From the IMG/VR virus record IMGVR_UViG_3300025887_000009: 64,000 bases of DNA. The stretch is one strand, 5' to 3'. This stretch comes from a virus (taxonomy: Duplodnaviria; Heunggongvirae; Uroviricota; Caudoviricetes). The notes below the pieces were generated by a model. That model searched no databases and had not been told where the DNA came from. It worked only from the letters and a program-made list of their open reading frames with translations. Of this stretch, positions 9,753 through 19,900 are shown piece after piece (the stretch's first letter is position 1; each line of letters begins with the position of its first letter). The translations under genes and the position numbers were made by a program.

Positions 9753-11231
9753 ATGGCACTTGGTCGTATATCAGGTCCTATGTTGAAAGCTAATCTAGAA
9801 CGCCAAGGCGTTGATTTAGCTTTTGATACGGACTTACTTTACTTAGACGTAAATTCTGGCAGAATTGGTATCAATAAAGATAATCCCCAATTTGCTCTTG
9901 ATGTAGCTGGTCCTATTATTACTGATATTATTAATGCCGATTCGGCAAACATTAACGGAATGATAATAGATTCAAATTCTATTACAAGCACTTCGCCGAA
10001 TTTAACATTGGCATCCCCTGACAATGTCATCTATCAAAATAAATTAATTGTTGATGGATTGACGTTTAATGGAACTACAATTAGTTCAAATGAATCAAAT
10101 GCTAATGTTGAAATAAACCCAAATGGAATTGGGTCAATTGAATTACTTGCATCAACTAATGTTACAGGAGACGTTCACGTTATTGGTAACGTAACAGTTG
10201 TCGAGAATTTAATAATTGGCGGCGACATTACTATAGGCGATTCGGTAGATGATACATTAATAATTGTAGCAAGTATTGATTCTGATCTAATTCCTGTCGT
10301 TTCAAATACATACGATTTAGGATCTTTGGTTCAGAGGTGGAAGACTTTGTACGCAACAGAAGCGTACATAGATTCGATACATATTAACGGAAACGTAATC
10401 GAAACTATAGATTCGAATGCAGATTTAGATCTAAGAGCAGCCGGAACCGGTGTAATAATAGTTGACGATTTAACCTTTGAAAATAATACCATTTCTACAT
10501 CTACTGGTAACTTAGTATTAGAATCCCAGTCTGAAATTATTACAATGAATACTGTCGGAGCAGTAGTATTACCAAGAGGAACCACTCTTGAAAGACCTGG
10601 TGCTCCTCTTGCAGGAATGATTCGGTATAACACTGACACATCAGGTTTCGAAGGTTATACTAATGCAGCATGGACACCATTAGATGGCGTAAGAGATTTA
10701 GATGGTAATACATATATTACAGCAGAATTAACGCCTGGTGCAAATGATGATACTATTCGTTTTTATACTAATGGTGTTCTCCGCGCAGATATAACTGAAA
10801 CTCGAGCAAGGTTTGATAAATTAGAAGTAGACGAAATTACTATTGACGGTAATGTTATCTCAACAATTAGTGCCAATCAAGATTTACAGTTATCCCCAAA
10901 CGGAACCGGTTCTATTTTAATAGAAGACTTTGCAATTACTAGCAGTTCGATAACTAACACTGTATCAGATGCAGCGTTTACTTTTGAAATCACCGGCGAC
11001 AGTTATTACAAGTTTAGCGGAACAAAAGGTGTTGTGTTACCATCTGGTACTAGTTTGCAAAGACCGTCAGCAGGGAACACAGAAACAGGACAATTACGCT
11101 GGAATACAGATCTTCAGATTGCCGAAGTATATAACGGATCTGAATGGGGACTAGTTACCGGACCAGACGGATTAATTACAGAAGCAATTGCAACTGATCT
11201 CTCAATTGAATACGCATTATTATTAGGATAA
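9753..11231 (+). CDS. tail fibre-like protein (paralog B)
   Basis: N-terminus homologous to the ORF at 8187. Carries the 'RGTTLERPGAPLAGMIRYNTDTSGFEGY' and 'SGTSLQRPSAGNTETGQLRWNTDLQIAEVYNGSEWG' motifs. Confidence 0.6.
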   Translation: MALGRISGPMLKANLERQGVDLAFDTDLLYLDVNSGRIGINKDNPQFALDVAGPIITDIINADSANINGMIIDSNSITSTSPNLTLASPDNVIYQNKLIVDGLTFNGTTISSNESNANVEINPNGIGSIELLASTNVTGDVHVIGNVTVVENLIIGGDITIGDSVDDTLIIVASIDSDLIPVVSNTYDLGSLVQRWKTLYATEAYIDSIHINGNVIETIDSNADLDLRAAGTGVIIVDDLTFENNTISTSTGNLVLESQSEIITMNTVGAVVLPRGTTLERPGAPLAGMIRYNTDTSGFEGYTNAAWTPLDGVRDLDGNTYITAELTPGANDDTIRFYTNGVLRADITETRARFDKLEVDEITIDGNVISTISANQDLQLSPNGTGSILIEDFAITSSSITNTVSDAAFTFEITGDSYYKFSGTKGVVLPSGTSLQRPSAGNTETGQLRWNTDLQIAEVYNGSEWGLVTGPDGLITEAIATDLSIEYALLLG

Positions 11232-11234
11232 CAA

Positions 11235-11564
11235 ATGGCTACATTTTTTAAAAATCAATTAATTAAAGAAATAGGAACATCACCTGTAACTGCAATAACT
11301 ACAGGAGCATCATCGCAAATAACTGTAATTGGACTATCAGTGAGTAATCTAACTACCTCAGCAGTTAAAGTTAATATAACAGTTGTAGACGACTTAGCTG
11401 TTGAAGTTTACTATCTTAAAGATACAATTATTCCGGCAGGCCTTAGTCTTAGACCAATTGTCAGCGGAGAAAAATTAATCTTACCAGCGGATTATAGTAT
11501 TAAGATCTCGGCTGATACAGCAACTTCACTTGATGCTACATTTAGTTACGTAGAGATAGTGTAA
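11235..11564 (+). CDS. hypothetical protein (109 aa)
   Basis: ORF 3 nt after the fibre gene. Confidence 0.4.
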   Translation: MATFFKNQLIKEIGTSPVTAITTGASSQITVIGLSVSNLTTSAVKVNITVVDDLAVEVYYLKDTIIPAGLSLRPIVSGEKLILPADYSIKISADTATSLDATFSYVEIV

Positions 11565-11574
11565 GGAATTCATT

Positions 11575-11946
11575 ATGGATTATGTTGGCGGAAACAATAC
11601 AGTATTATCAAGTAGCGGCGTTGGCTTTCTTCAAGTAGGATTGTGGAAAGTAGCAACGGGCACAACCGAAATTGATAGTTTCCATCCGGGACAAATTGCT
11701 TATGCTGATTATACAGTAGTAGCTGATTACAGCGGGACTACTAAAGAGATAACAAAATTTACAGTTGTTGCTACTACAGCTGATGCAGTTACTGATGTGT
11801 ATAGCAAAGTAGCAGTCGGTGATCCGATAGTTGATATTTCGGTATCAGCTAGCCCGACAGCAGTGACAATAAACGTAACTCCGACAGCTGGCAAAGATGG
11901 ATGCAAGGTTACGTTTAGTGTTAGGTATTATCAAAGCAGTAGTTAA
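11575..11946 (+). CDS. hypothetical protein (123 aa)
   Basis: ORF with RBS GGAATTCATTATG. Thr/Val-rich. Confidence 0.4.
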   Translation: MDYVGGNNTVLSSSGVGFLQVGLWKVATGTTEIDSFHPGQIAYADYTVVADYSGTTKEITKFTVVATTADAVTDVYSKVAVGDPIVDISVSASPTAVTINVTPTAGKDGCKVTFSVRYYQSSS

Positions 11947-12387
11947 TTATATGTCTATAAATTCTTCTATTAATTCTAATACTGTTTTTAATTTTGTACG
12001 ACCTATTTTATTTCTTACAGTATTTAACAATCCGGAATGAAGAGGCTTAGGCCATTGTTCATAAGATACCCATGCATAACCGTCGTGTTCGTTATTTAAT
12101 ATAGGAATAAATTCTTCCTTAACTACACATAGGTATGTATAGAAATGAAATTTCTCGTCGTTGCTAACAAATGTTTCTAAAGGAATAGACTTTATAATAT
12201 CAGGCGGTGTTCCTATTTCTTCTGTGATTTCTCGTTGTAAACCCTGCCAAGGAGTTTCTTCTCCTTCTATTTTTCCACCAACAAGTCCCCAGCATTGTTT
12301 ATTTTCCTGGGTTCTATGTAAAAGTAAAAAACGCTTAGTAGTGAGATTATAAAATAACGCACCTGATCCTGTAATTGATTTGTCCAT
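11947..12387 (-). CDS. NUDIX hydrolase
   Basis: Nudix box 'GGKIEGEETPWQGLQREITEEIG' (G-x5-E-x7-REUxEExGU) is present. Confidence 0.8.
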   Translation of the reverse strand: MDKSITGSGALFYNLTTKRFLLLHRTQENKQCWGLVGGKIEGEETPWQGLQREITEEIGTPPDIIKSIPLETFVSNDEKFHFYTYLCVVKEEFIPILNNEHDGYAWVSYEQWPKPLHSGLLNTVRNKIGRTKLKTVLELIEEFIDI

Positions 12388-12417
12388 ACAAATAATTATC
12401 GGATATTATATTTTCAA

Positions 12418-13824
12418 TCATCCATCGAGGTTAAGACGCCATGTACCTGCAGGATAGATACCATCTACTGAAAGCATCCAATCTTCGCCGTCCCATCTAT
12501 ACTGCACGCCGGTGTTTAAGTTGGTAGTATAAACAAATTCTTCTATTTCTGTGTTTTCACTTGCATCAAAAACAATACTCCAACTTGATCCAGTCCATTC
12601 GATGATGTCATTTGCGCCAGCAACTAACGATGAACCATTTGTATTCTTCCACGCATCTGCGCCGTCTGTGTTATCTTCATTACCAATATCTTCTAGCAAC
12701 AATAACCGTAATCCGGAAGTTTTTAAATCTGTAGGATTAGTTTTTAATGGATCAACTATGTAATCAATACTTGTAAATGCATTTGTGTTACGTGCTGGAC
12801 CTTCGATTTGCGTGTCATCTGGGAATGTATCAGTATCCCAATTTACTACAATTTCGCCGTTGTTTAGTTCATTAATAGTAAACGTACCAGTCATTTCGAA
12901 ATAATCATTTAATTTACGAATAAGGAATAATCGAGAAATATCATCTTGATATGTACCCGGATGCGGTTCTGTTATCGTAAGCCAGTTAGCATCACTTATG
13001 ATACCATTCTTTGCAAGTTTAACAGTGCTACCGGAAACATATAAATCATAATCAAGATAGTTTACACCTACTACAGTATTGGTTTCGGTTGTTTCTATAT
13101 TTCGATTACCGCTGTTAGGATCATCAATTGCTCCTACAGGAACAGGATCATTATATTTTGATAATTGCGGAACAGAATCGCCCAAGTCAATTGTGCCTGC
13201 ACGTTCGTCGTGTATAGATGCAATAATATTTGTAATAACACCAAGACGTTTTACCTTTACGGGAGGGTTAATCCAGATAGGTGTACTGAATGTTAATGTA
13301 GCAACATCAATCTCACTGTCTGTGCCTTGAGGTATCGATCGACTACTGAAATTAAGACTGTCTAAATTTACAACAGTTAACGAAGTCCAGTCGACGTAAT
13401 TGTCTGTAGTTTGTATCTCGAGCGTCGGGCGGAATATCATTAGAATTTGTTCTAAAATCTGTAATTTTTGATCAGTGTTAGTTGTCCATAAATCTGCATT
13501 AACAGTTAATTTGTACGGAACACCCATTAAACGTTCTACTGTGTAATTCTTGCCTTGATAATTTAAATACTCTTGACCTTCGCTATCATATGCACGTTCT
13601 CTAACATGTACCTTATCAACAAACGTAGCATCACGTTGTCTTTCGCGGTCTGATTCAAGTCCGGTAATATAGATTGCCATGCGAGGCGCTTTTGGAATCT
13701 TGTTCTCAGAATTTTCTCTGATTATATTTGCTACCTGCTTGGTCATGTCTCCGTACTGCACAGGAATTTCTCTCTCAATACCTGAGCCATCTTTGTACTT
13801 AAAATTACTAAGCATACGAATCAT
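12418..13824 (-). CDS. putative virion structural protein (468 aa)
   Basis: Large ORF on the minus strand inside the structural region. No specific motif recognised. Confidence 0.45.
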   Translation of the reverse strand: MIRMLSNFKYKDGSGIEREIPVQYGDMTKQVANIIRENSENKIPKAPRMAIYITGLESDRERQRDATFVDKVHVRERAYDSEGQEYLNYQGKNYTVERLMGVPYKLTVNADLWTTNTDQKLQILEQILMIFRPTLEIQTTDNYVDWTSLTVVNLDSLNFSSRSIPQGTDSEIDVATLTFSTPIWINPPVKVKRLGVITNIIASIHDERAGTIDLGDSVPQLSKYNDPVPVGAIDDPNSGNRNIETTETNTVVGVNYLDYDLYVSGSTVKLAKNGIISDANWLTITEPHPGTYQDDISRLFLIRKLNDYFEMTGTFTINELNNGEIVVNWDTDTFPDDTQIEGPARNTNAFTSIDYIVDPLKTNPTDLKTSGLRLLLLEDIGNEDNTDGADAWKNTNGSSLVAGANDIIEWTGSSWSIVFDASENTEIEEFVYTTNLNTGVQYRWDGEDWMLSVDGIYPAGTWRLNLDG

Positions 13825-13883
13825 CTGTGTTAGATATCGTCTTACTTGCCCATCGTAGAAATGCTGTGAAATTTTAGGCTCCT

Positions 13884-15032
13884 TTATACGTCATCTGGTT
13901 TAGCTCGTAGAGCTTTTGTAATACTCTGACGCTCTTGTACTTCTTCGCCACCAATTTCGTTTGTATTTGTATTATTAACAAAAGTGCCAAGTTGTGTTTT
14001 ACGAGTGTCTGTGTTGGACAGTGTTTCGCGTACATCGTCGGTTACTTTAACCCAACGTTGTCCGTCATAACGGAATAATCTCTTTGGCATAAAATCGCTT
14101 CTTAAATAATAATCACCATTTGCGCTATCCATCGGAAATGAAATTCCAGAACCAAATGCTGCGCCATTAGGAGCTTCGTCTAAACCAATAAGGTAACCTT
14201 TGTATCCTAAACGATCGGGTTTACCAAACACTTCGTCTGCTGTATTAGTATCAGATGCATTTATATCATCTTGATCAGCAGTTCGTATTTCAGGTCTGCC
14301 TTCGTCGTCTAATGCAAGTGTATAAAAATGCGAAGTTTCGTGTCCGGATTTCTTAGCATCAGCTTCTGCTTGATCTAATACTGCTTGATTAATTGCCATA
14401 TCAGTTGAACAAGTAGATAGCAAATCTCTTAATGTAGTATTTGTATCTTCGCCTGCTGGTCGATCTAGGATATCTGAAAATTCCTGTCCGTCGTACATTT
14501 GTTTAAGTTTTACACGATATAAGTGAGGATACCAAGTTTGTGAATAACCTTCAGCGGCACGAGTTACATCTTCTACAACATAAAAACGCTTGAGTGCTAG
14601 TTCCAGATCATTAAGTGCGTATTCGTCGATTAGATGCGGCAGCTCAAACACATCCCCGGGCATTATTTTACGTCCGAGTATTTTTATAGATGAAACAATA
14701 TGTATAGTCATAAACAAAATATCGTTTGATAAAAATAAACCAAATTGTGATAAATCAAAGTCTAAGTCTTGCACATTGTAGATACCGCGAATTGAATAAA
14801 CATCTTCATCGTACGCTCTATCTCTGTTTTCAAGAAACAACATGTCTTGAATATTTCTTACATTAAGTGCATCGTATTGCGGCTGATCTGCGGTTGCATC
14901 TTCGTCGGAAACAATCTTTGGACCAAGATACTTATGTACAAATACATCAGTGCCGCCTACAGTAAATTGTTCTTCGATTATCCTATCAAAGAATCTGTAG
15001 TCATTGCCGCGCTCGGGTTTATAAAGACTCAA
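13884..15032 (-). CDS. putative virion structural protein (382 aa), TTG start
   Basis: The start codon on the minus strand is TTG (rc of plus CAA at 15030-15032). An in-frame stop lies 21 codons upstream with no ATG. A TATAAATA late motif lies 28 nt upstream on the minus strand. Confidence 0.45.
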   Translation of the reverse strand: MSLYKPERGNDYRFFDRIIEEQFTVGGTDVFVHKYLGPKIVSDEDATADQPQYDALNVRNIQDMLFLENRDRAYDEDVYSIRGIYNVQDLDFDLSQFGLFLSNDILFMTIHIVSSIKILGRKIMPGDVFELPHLIDEYALNDLELALKRFYVVEDVTRAAEGYSQTWYPHLYRVKLKQMYDGQEFSDILDRPAGEDTNTTLRDLLSTCSTDMAINQAVLDQAEADAKKSGHETSHFYTLALDDEGRPEIRTADQDDINASDTNTADEVFGKPDRLGYKGYLIGLDEAPNGAAFGSGISFPMDSANGDYYLRSDFMPKRLFRYDGQRWVKVTDDVRETLSNTDTRKTQLGTFVNNTNTNEIGGEEVQERQSITKALRAKPDDV

Positions 15033-15062
15033 TCTTGGTATGGAACTTCTCCTGTTACTTTA

Positions 15063-15070
15063 TATTTATA
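15063..15070 (-). promoter_or_regulatory. T4 late promoter consensus TATAAATA on minus strand
   Basis: rc of plus tatttata. Lies 28 nt upstream of the TTG start of the ORF at 13884..15032. Confidence 0.45.
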
Positions 15071-15073
15071 CGA

Positions 15074-15081
15074 ATAAATAC
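15074..15081 (+). promoter_or_regulatory. late-promoter-like ATAAATAC, 18 nt before ATG 15100
   Basis: aATAAATACtagtggagacaacacaaaATG. Paired with a divergent motif on the minus strand. Confidence 0.4.
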
Positions 15082-15099
15082 TAGTGGAGACAACACAAA

Positions 15100-15861
15100 A
15101 TGGCAGATGAACTAGCAACTAAAAAACAAGAAGTATTTGATTATGTTAACGCATTTTTAGGCGGCGGTATGATTGATGTAGAACTCGATCCAATTCATTA
15201 CGAAACTGCTCTTAAAAAAGCACTTGGTAAATTTAGACAGAGGTCTGATCACTCAGTCGAAGAAAGCTACATTTTTGTTGACTTAGCTATTGACAGAAAT
15301 GACTACACATTGCCACAAGAAGTAATCGAAGTGCGTCAAGTATTTCGTCGCTCTGTAGGATCACGCACAGGTGGCGGCGGAGGCGGCACAGTATTTGAAC
15401 CATTTAACATGGCATACACAAACACTTATCTTGCTTCTGGCTCTAGTATGGGAGGATTAGCAACATATGATTTCTTTGCACAACACCAAGAATTGGTAGG
15501 ACGCATGTTTGGTTCATACATTCAATTTAAATGGAACACAACAACTAAGAAACTTACTATATTTCAACGCCCGAGAGGCCCTGAGCAGATAATGCTTTAT
15601 GCTTATAACCTCCGCCCTGATGCACAACTGCTAGATGATTATCAAGCTGGGCAATGGATAAAAGATTACACACTTGCCCAATGCAAATATATATTAGGCG
15701 AAGCGAGAGGAAAATTTACTACAATTGCCGGACCACAAGGCGGCACTGCATTAAACGGCGATACGCTTAAAGCAGAAGCACAAGCAGAGATTGAAAGATT
15801 AGAGATTGAACTAATGCAGCAGGTAGGCGGCGGCAAGGGATATTCTTGGATCATCGGTTAA
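15100..15861 (+). CDS. hypothetical structural-module protein (253 aa)
   Basis: ORF downstream of an AATAAATAC motif. Contains a Gly run 'RTGGGGGGTVF'. Confidence 0.45.
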   Translation: MADELATKKQEVFDYVNAFLGGGMIDVELDPIHYETALKKALGKFRQRSDHSVEESYIFVDLAIDRNDYTLPQEVIEVRQVFRRSVGSRTGGGGGGTVFEPFNMAYTNTYLASGSSMGGLATYDFFAQHQELVGRMFGSYIQFKWNTTTKKLTIFQRPRGPEQIMLYAYNLRPDAQLLDDYQAGQWIKDYTLAQCKYILGEARGKFTTIAGPQGGTALNGDTLKAEAQAEIERLEIELMQQVGGGKGYSWIIG

Positions 15862-15868
15862 ATTTAGA

Positions 15869-15897
15869 TTGACAACTTAAAGCTTTTCTTATATAAT
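15869..15897 (+). promoter_or_regulatory. sigma70-type early promoter, perfect TTGACA-N17-TATAAT
   Basis: TTGACA 15869-15874, 17-nt spacer, TATAAT 15892-15897. Extended -35 TTGACAACTT. Confidence 0.6.
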
Positions 15898-15905
15898 ACG
15901 TTTAT

Positions 15906-16415
15906 ATGGAGAAGCTTTTGAAACCTAAATTATTAATTATCGGTCATGGACGCCACGGAAAAGATACAGTATGTGAAATACTGCGCGACGACTATGGCTT
16001 TAATTTTCAAAGCAGTAGTAAATTTTGTTCAGAGAAATTCATTTACGATAAGCTAAAAGACAGATACAACTATTCTTCTGAGGAAGAGTGTTACAATGAT
16101 CGTCACAATCATAGAGAAGAATGGTATAATTTAATCTGCGAATACAATGTGCCTGATCCTTCACGACTTGGTAGAGAAATCTTTAAAGAATACGACATTT
16201 ATTGCGGACTAAGGAATGCAGCAGAATATTATGCTATGATTGATAATCATGTTTTTGATTGTGCAGTTTGGGTAGACCGATCGCAACACCTGCCGCAAGA
16301 ATCACAAGACAGCATGACAATGGACGAAGAAATGGCAGACTATGTTATTGACAACAACGGCACTCTTGAAGAACTAAAAGAGAATGTAGAAAAGTTTTTA
16401 AAAGTCGGGGCGTAA
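15906..16415 (+). CDS. dNMP kinase-like P-loop protein
   Basis: Preceded by a perfect sigma70 promoter. 'LLIIGHGRHGKDT' and C-terminal 'DNNGTLEELKENVEKFL' resemble T4 gp1 'LIFLSGVKRSGKDT' and 'TNDGSLEELFSKIKNTL'. Confidence 0.5.
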   Translation: MEKLLKPKLLIIGHGRHGKDTVCEILRDDYGFNFQSSSKFCSEKFIYDKLKDRYNYSSEEECYNDRHNHREEWYNLICEYNVPDPSRLGREIFKEYDIYCGLRNAAEYYAMIDNHVFDCAVWVDRSQHLPQESQDSMTMDEEMADYVIDNNGTLEELKENVEKFLKVGA

Positions 16416-16736
16416 ATCTCCCTGCTTCCAGACTACGCCTTCTTTCTGTATAATGCGTTGACAGTTTGCACATACGGTTTTTAAATTTGGTACACGACAA
16501 TCGTCTAAATTTCCATTAATATGAAAAACATTAAATTGCTCAGAGTGCTTACTAGAGAAGCCGCATTTCTCGCATAAGCTTTTCTTAACATAACCAGCTT
16601 GTCTCCATTTAGGTATGCCGTGGGCATATCCTCCATGTTTTAAACAAATCTCACACTTTTTACGATAAAATACTTTCTTATCTTTTTTATAATTGATAGC
16701 TGCGGGGCGTAAACCGCATACGCATAATGGTCTCAT
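16398..16736 (-). CDS. HNH endonuclease (free-standing, homing-type)
   Basis: Cys-rich 112-aa ORF with an HNH-like 'FHINGNLDDCRVPNLKTVCANCQ' motif. It converges on and overlaps the kinase gene by 18 nt. Confidence 0.55.
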   Translation of the reverse strand: MRPLCVCGLRPAAINYKKDKKVFYRKKCEICLKHGGYAHGIPKWRQAGYVKKSLCEKCGFSSKHSEQFNVFHINGNLDDCRVPNLKTVCANCQRIIQKEGVVWKQGDLRPDF

Positions 16737-16905
16737 GTGTGTATTTATTTTTCCACACCTTTAGTGCCCCTTTTCGCCGTGATCAAAGCGGGGTTTTCCG
16801 CTCCCTTGTACTAAATACAAATGACGACGAATGTATATAAGTTATTTAACACAAATAGTTATAGCTGTACATAATTCGAATTGAGATTTAAAGGGAGACT
16901 CACTA

Positions 16906-19900
16906 ATGGCATTAGTATCACCAGGTGTAGAAGTTAGCGTAATCGACGAAAGTTTTTACACACCGGCAGAACCAGGAACTGTTCCACTTATTTTTGTTGC
17001 AACAGCATCAAATAAGGCAAACCCAAGCGGTACCGGAACAGCGCCAGGTACACTGGCAGCAAACGCAGGACGTCCATACTTGCTTACATCACAGCGTGAT
17101 CTAGCAGAAACTTTTGGAGACCCATCGTTTAAAACCGACAGCAATAACAATCCAATTCACGCAGGTGAATTAAACGAATACGGATTACAAGCAGCTTATT
17201 CATTGCTTGGTGTTTCTAATAGAGCATATGTTGTTCGTGCAGATGTTGATTTATCTGAACTTGAAGCATCTGCAACAGCGCCAGCAGGATCACCTGCAGA
17301 TGGCACATACTGGTTTGACACACAAAATACTAAGTTTGGTATTTTCGAATGGAACGGTAATCCGCAAACAACAACAGGCGGTCAAAGCTTTACTGTTAAA
17401 GAAGTTACTGTAATTACAGATGCAACTAAGGTCGATAGCTTTGGTGCACCAAAAACATCGGTTGGTGCAATTGGTGATTACGTGCTGCTTGCAACAACTA
17501 CACTTAACAAATTGTATTTCAAGAATACAGCAGGTACATGGGTAGAAGTTGGCGCGAGCGATTGGGCAGCAAGCTGGCCAACAGTACGCGGAACAGTAAG
17601 TAATCCGACGCTTTTAACAGGCGAGACAATTATTATTAACGGCACAACTGTTACACTTGCAGGAACGTTGCTTTCGAATCTAGCAAATGATATCAACGAT
17701 GCAGGAATTGCAGGAGTTACTGCGGCAGCAGTTGATGGTAGCATTGAGATTTATTCAACTGGTGTAGATGTTATTGTATCAGAAGGTTCTAATGAATTAA
17801 TGGCAGATGTTGGTTTAACAGCAGGTACGTTCTACGCGCCATCAGTTACAATCAGTCGTCACACGCAAGTACCTGAGTATAAACTTAACGATACTAATCC
17901 GCGCCCAACAGGTTCAATTTGGTCAAAGACTACAGAACCAAATGCTGGAGCACGTTGGAGAGTTAAAGTTTACAATGCAGACACACAATTGTTTGAAGAT
18001 GTCGAAGCACCACTTTACTCAAGTGGCAGTGCTGCAATTTATGCACTTGACGCAGCAGGCGGCGGCTTAAATCTTCCAGTCGGAACACTTTATGCAAAGT
18101 ATAATGACTCGGAAGAAAATCCGGTGTTTACAAACTATAAACTATATCGTCGTAGAGCAGCTGGTCCAACTAGCATCCGCTCAGGGGTTATATCCACTGG
18201 CATTTCAGCAGGTGCATTTAGCTTCGATATCCAAGAAGGTATTTTAACAAGTGGCGAACTAGCGGCTGCTATTACAGTTAGCGGAACAGCAACAGGTGCT
18301 TCGTCGGATGCAGATGTTATTGCTGGAGCAATTAACTCTGCAGGCTTTGTTAATATTACTGCAACAGTTGACGCACAGAACAGAGTTACAATCAGTCACA
18401 AACTAGGCGGCGACTTCCGTTTGGTGGATAGCGGTACTGTTTTAACAGAGATGGGCTATACAGCTTACGTAGACGCTAACAGCGGTACAACAAACCTGTA
18501 TGCAGCACCAGCTGGCGATTCAACAAACACACTAGTAGCAACAAACTGGCAAGTACTTTCGTATACAGCTTCAGAATCTGCACCAACTGCATTAACAGTA
18601 GACGGACGTCTATGGTATTCATCAGTTGTTGACGATGTCGATGTTATGGTTCATAACGGAACAACATGGGTTGGTTACCAAGATTCAACTAGCCCATTTT
18701 ATTCTGTAACCGAAGACGAAAAAACAGACCCAGCAGGTCCTATTGTTTCTGCAACCGAGCCGACTCTACAAAGCGACGGTACTGCACTAAAGAATGGCGA
18801 TTTGTGGATTGACACAGCAGATATCGAAAACTATCCAACTATCTACAAGTACAATGATGTACTTGCTGATTGGGAACTAGTTGACAAGTCTGATCAAACA
18901 ACCGAAGACGGTATCTTGTTTGCAGATGCTCGTTATAACACCTCGGGTGCTAACAGCAATACAGCAGGCGAAATTGTTGATCTATTAGCAAGCAACTTTG
19001 TTGACTTTGATGCTCCAGATCCAGCACTATACCCAAAAGGTATGCTACTTTGGAACCTACGTCGTTCAGGCTTTAACGTAAAGCGTTTTGCACGTAACTA
19101 CGTTAACACAAGTTCTGATAACATACGCTTTAGTGACGAATCAATGAGTGGTTATTATGCTAATCGTTGGGTAACTGAATCAGCAAACGAAGCAGACGGT
19201 TCGGGTGCATTTGGACGTAAGGCACAACGTAAGGTTGTGGTACAAGCGCTCCAAGCAACAGTAAACAGCAACCAAGAGATCCGCGACGACGAATCAAGAA
19301 TCTTTAACCTAATGGCAACACCGGGTTATCCAGAATTGATCGGTGAGATGATCTCACTTAACTTTGATAGAGGCCTAACAGCATTTATCGTAGCAGACTC
19401 GCCAGCAAGACTCACACCAGATGCAACATCGCTTAACGAATGGGGAACAAACGTTGCTCAAGCAGTTGAAGACAACGATGATGGATTGGTATCAAGAGAC
19501 GAGTATATGGGTGTTTACTATCCATGGGGCTTTACAAGTGACAACTTTGGTAACAACGTAGTTGTACCCCCAAGCCACATGATGCTACGTACAATTGCAC
19601 TAAGCGATCAGGTTAGCTATCCATGGTTTGCACCAGCTGGTACACGACGCGGCGGAATTACTAATGCAACGTCAACAGGCTATGTAACAAGCGAAGGCGA
19701 ATTTAACGCAATTGCTCTTAACGAAGGACAAAGAGATACATTGTACTCAGTAGATGTTAACCCAATTACATTTATTACTGGTGCAGGACTTGTAGCATTT
19801 GGACAAAAGACAAGAGCAAGAAGCGCAAGTTCGTTGGACAGAATCAACGTTGTTCGTCTTGTAGTATATCTGCGCTCGCAGCTTAAGAGACTTTCAAAGC

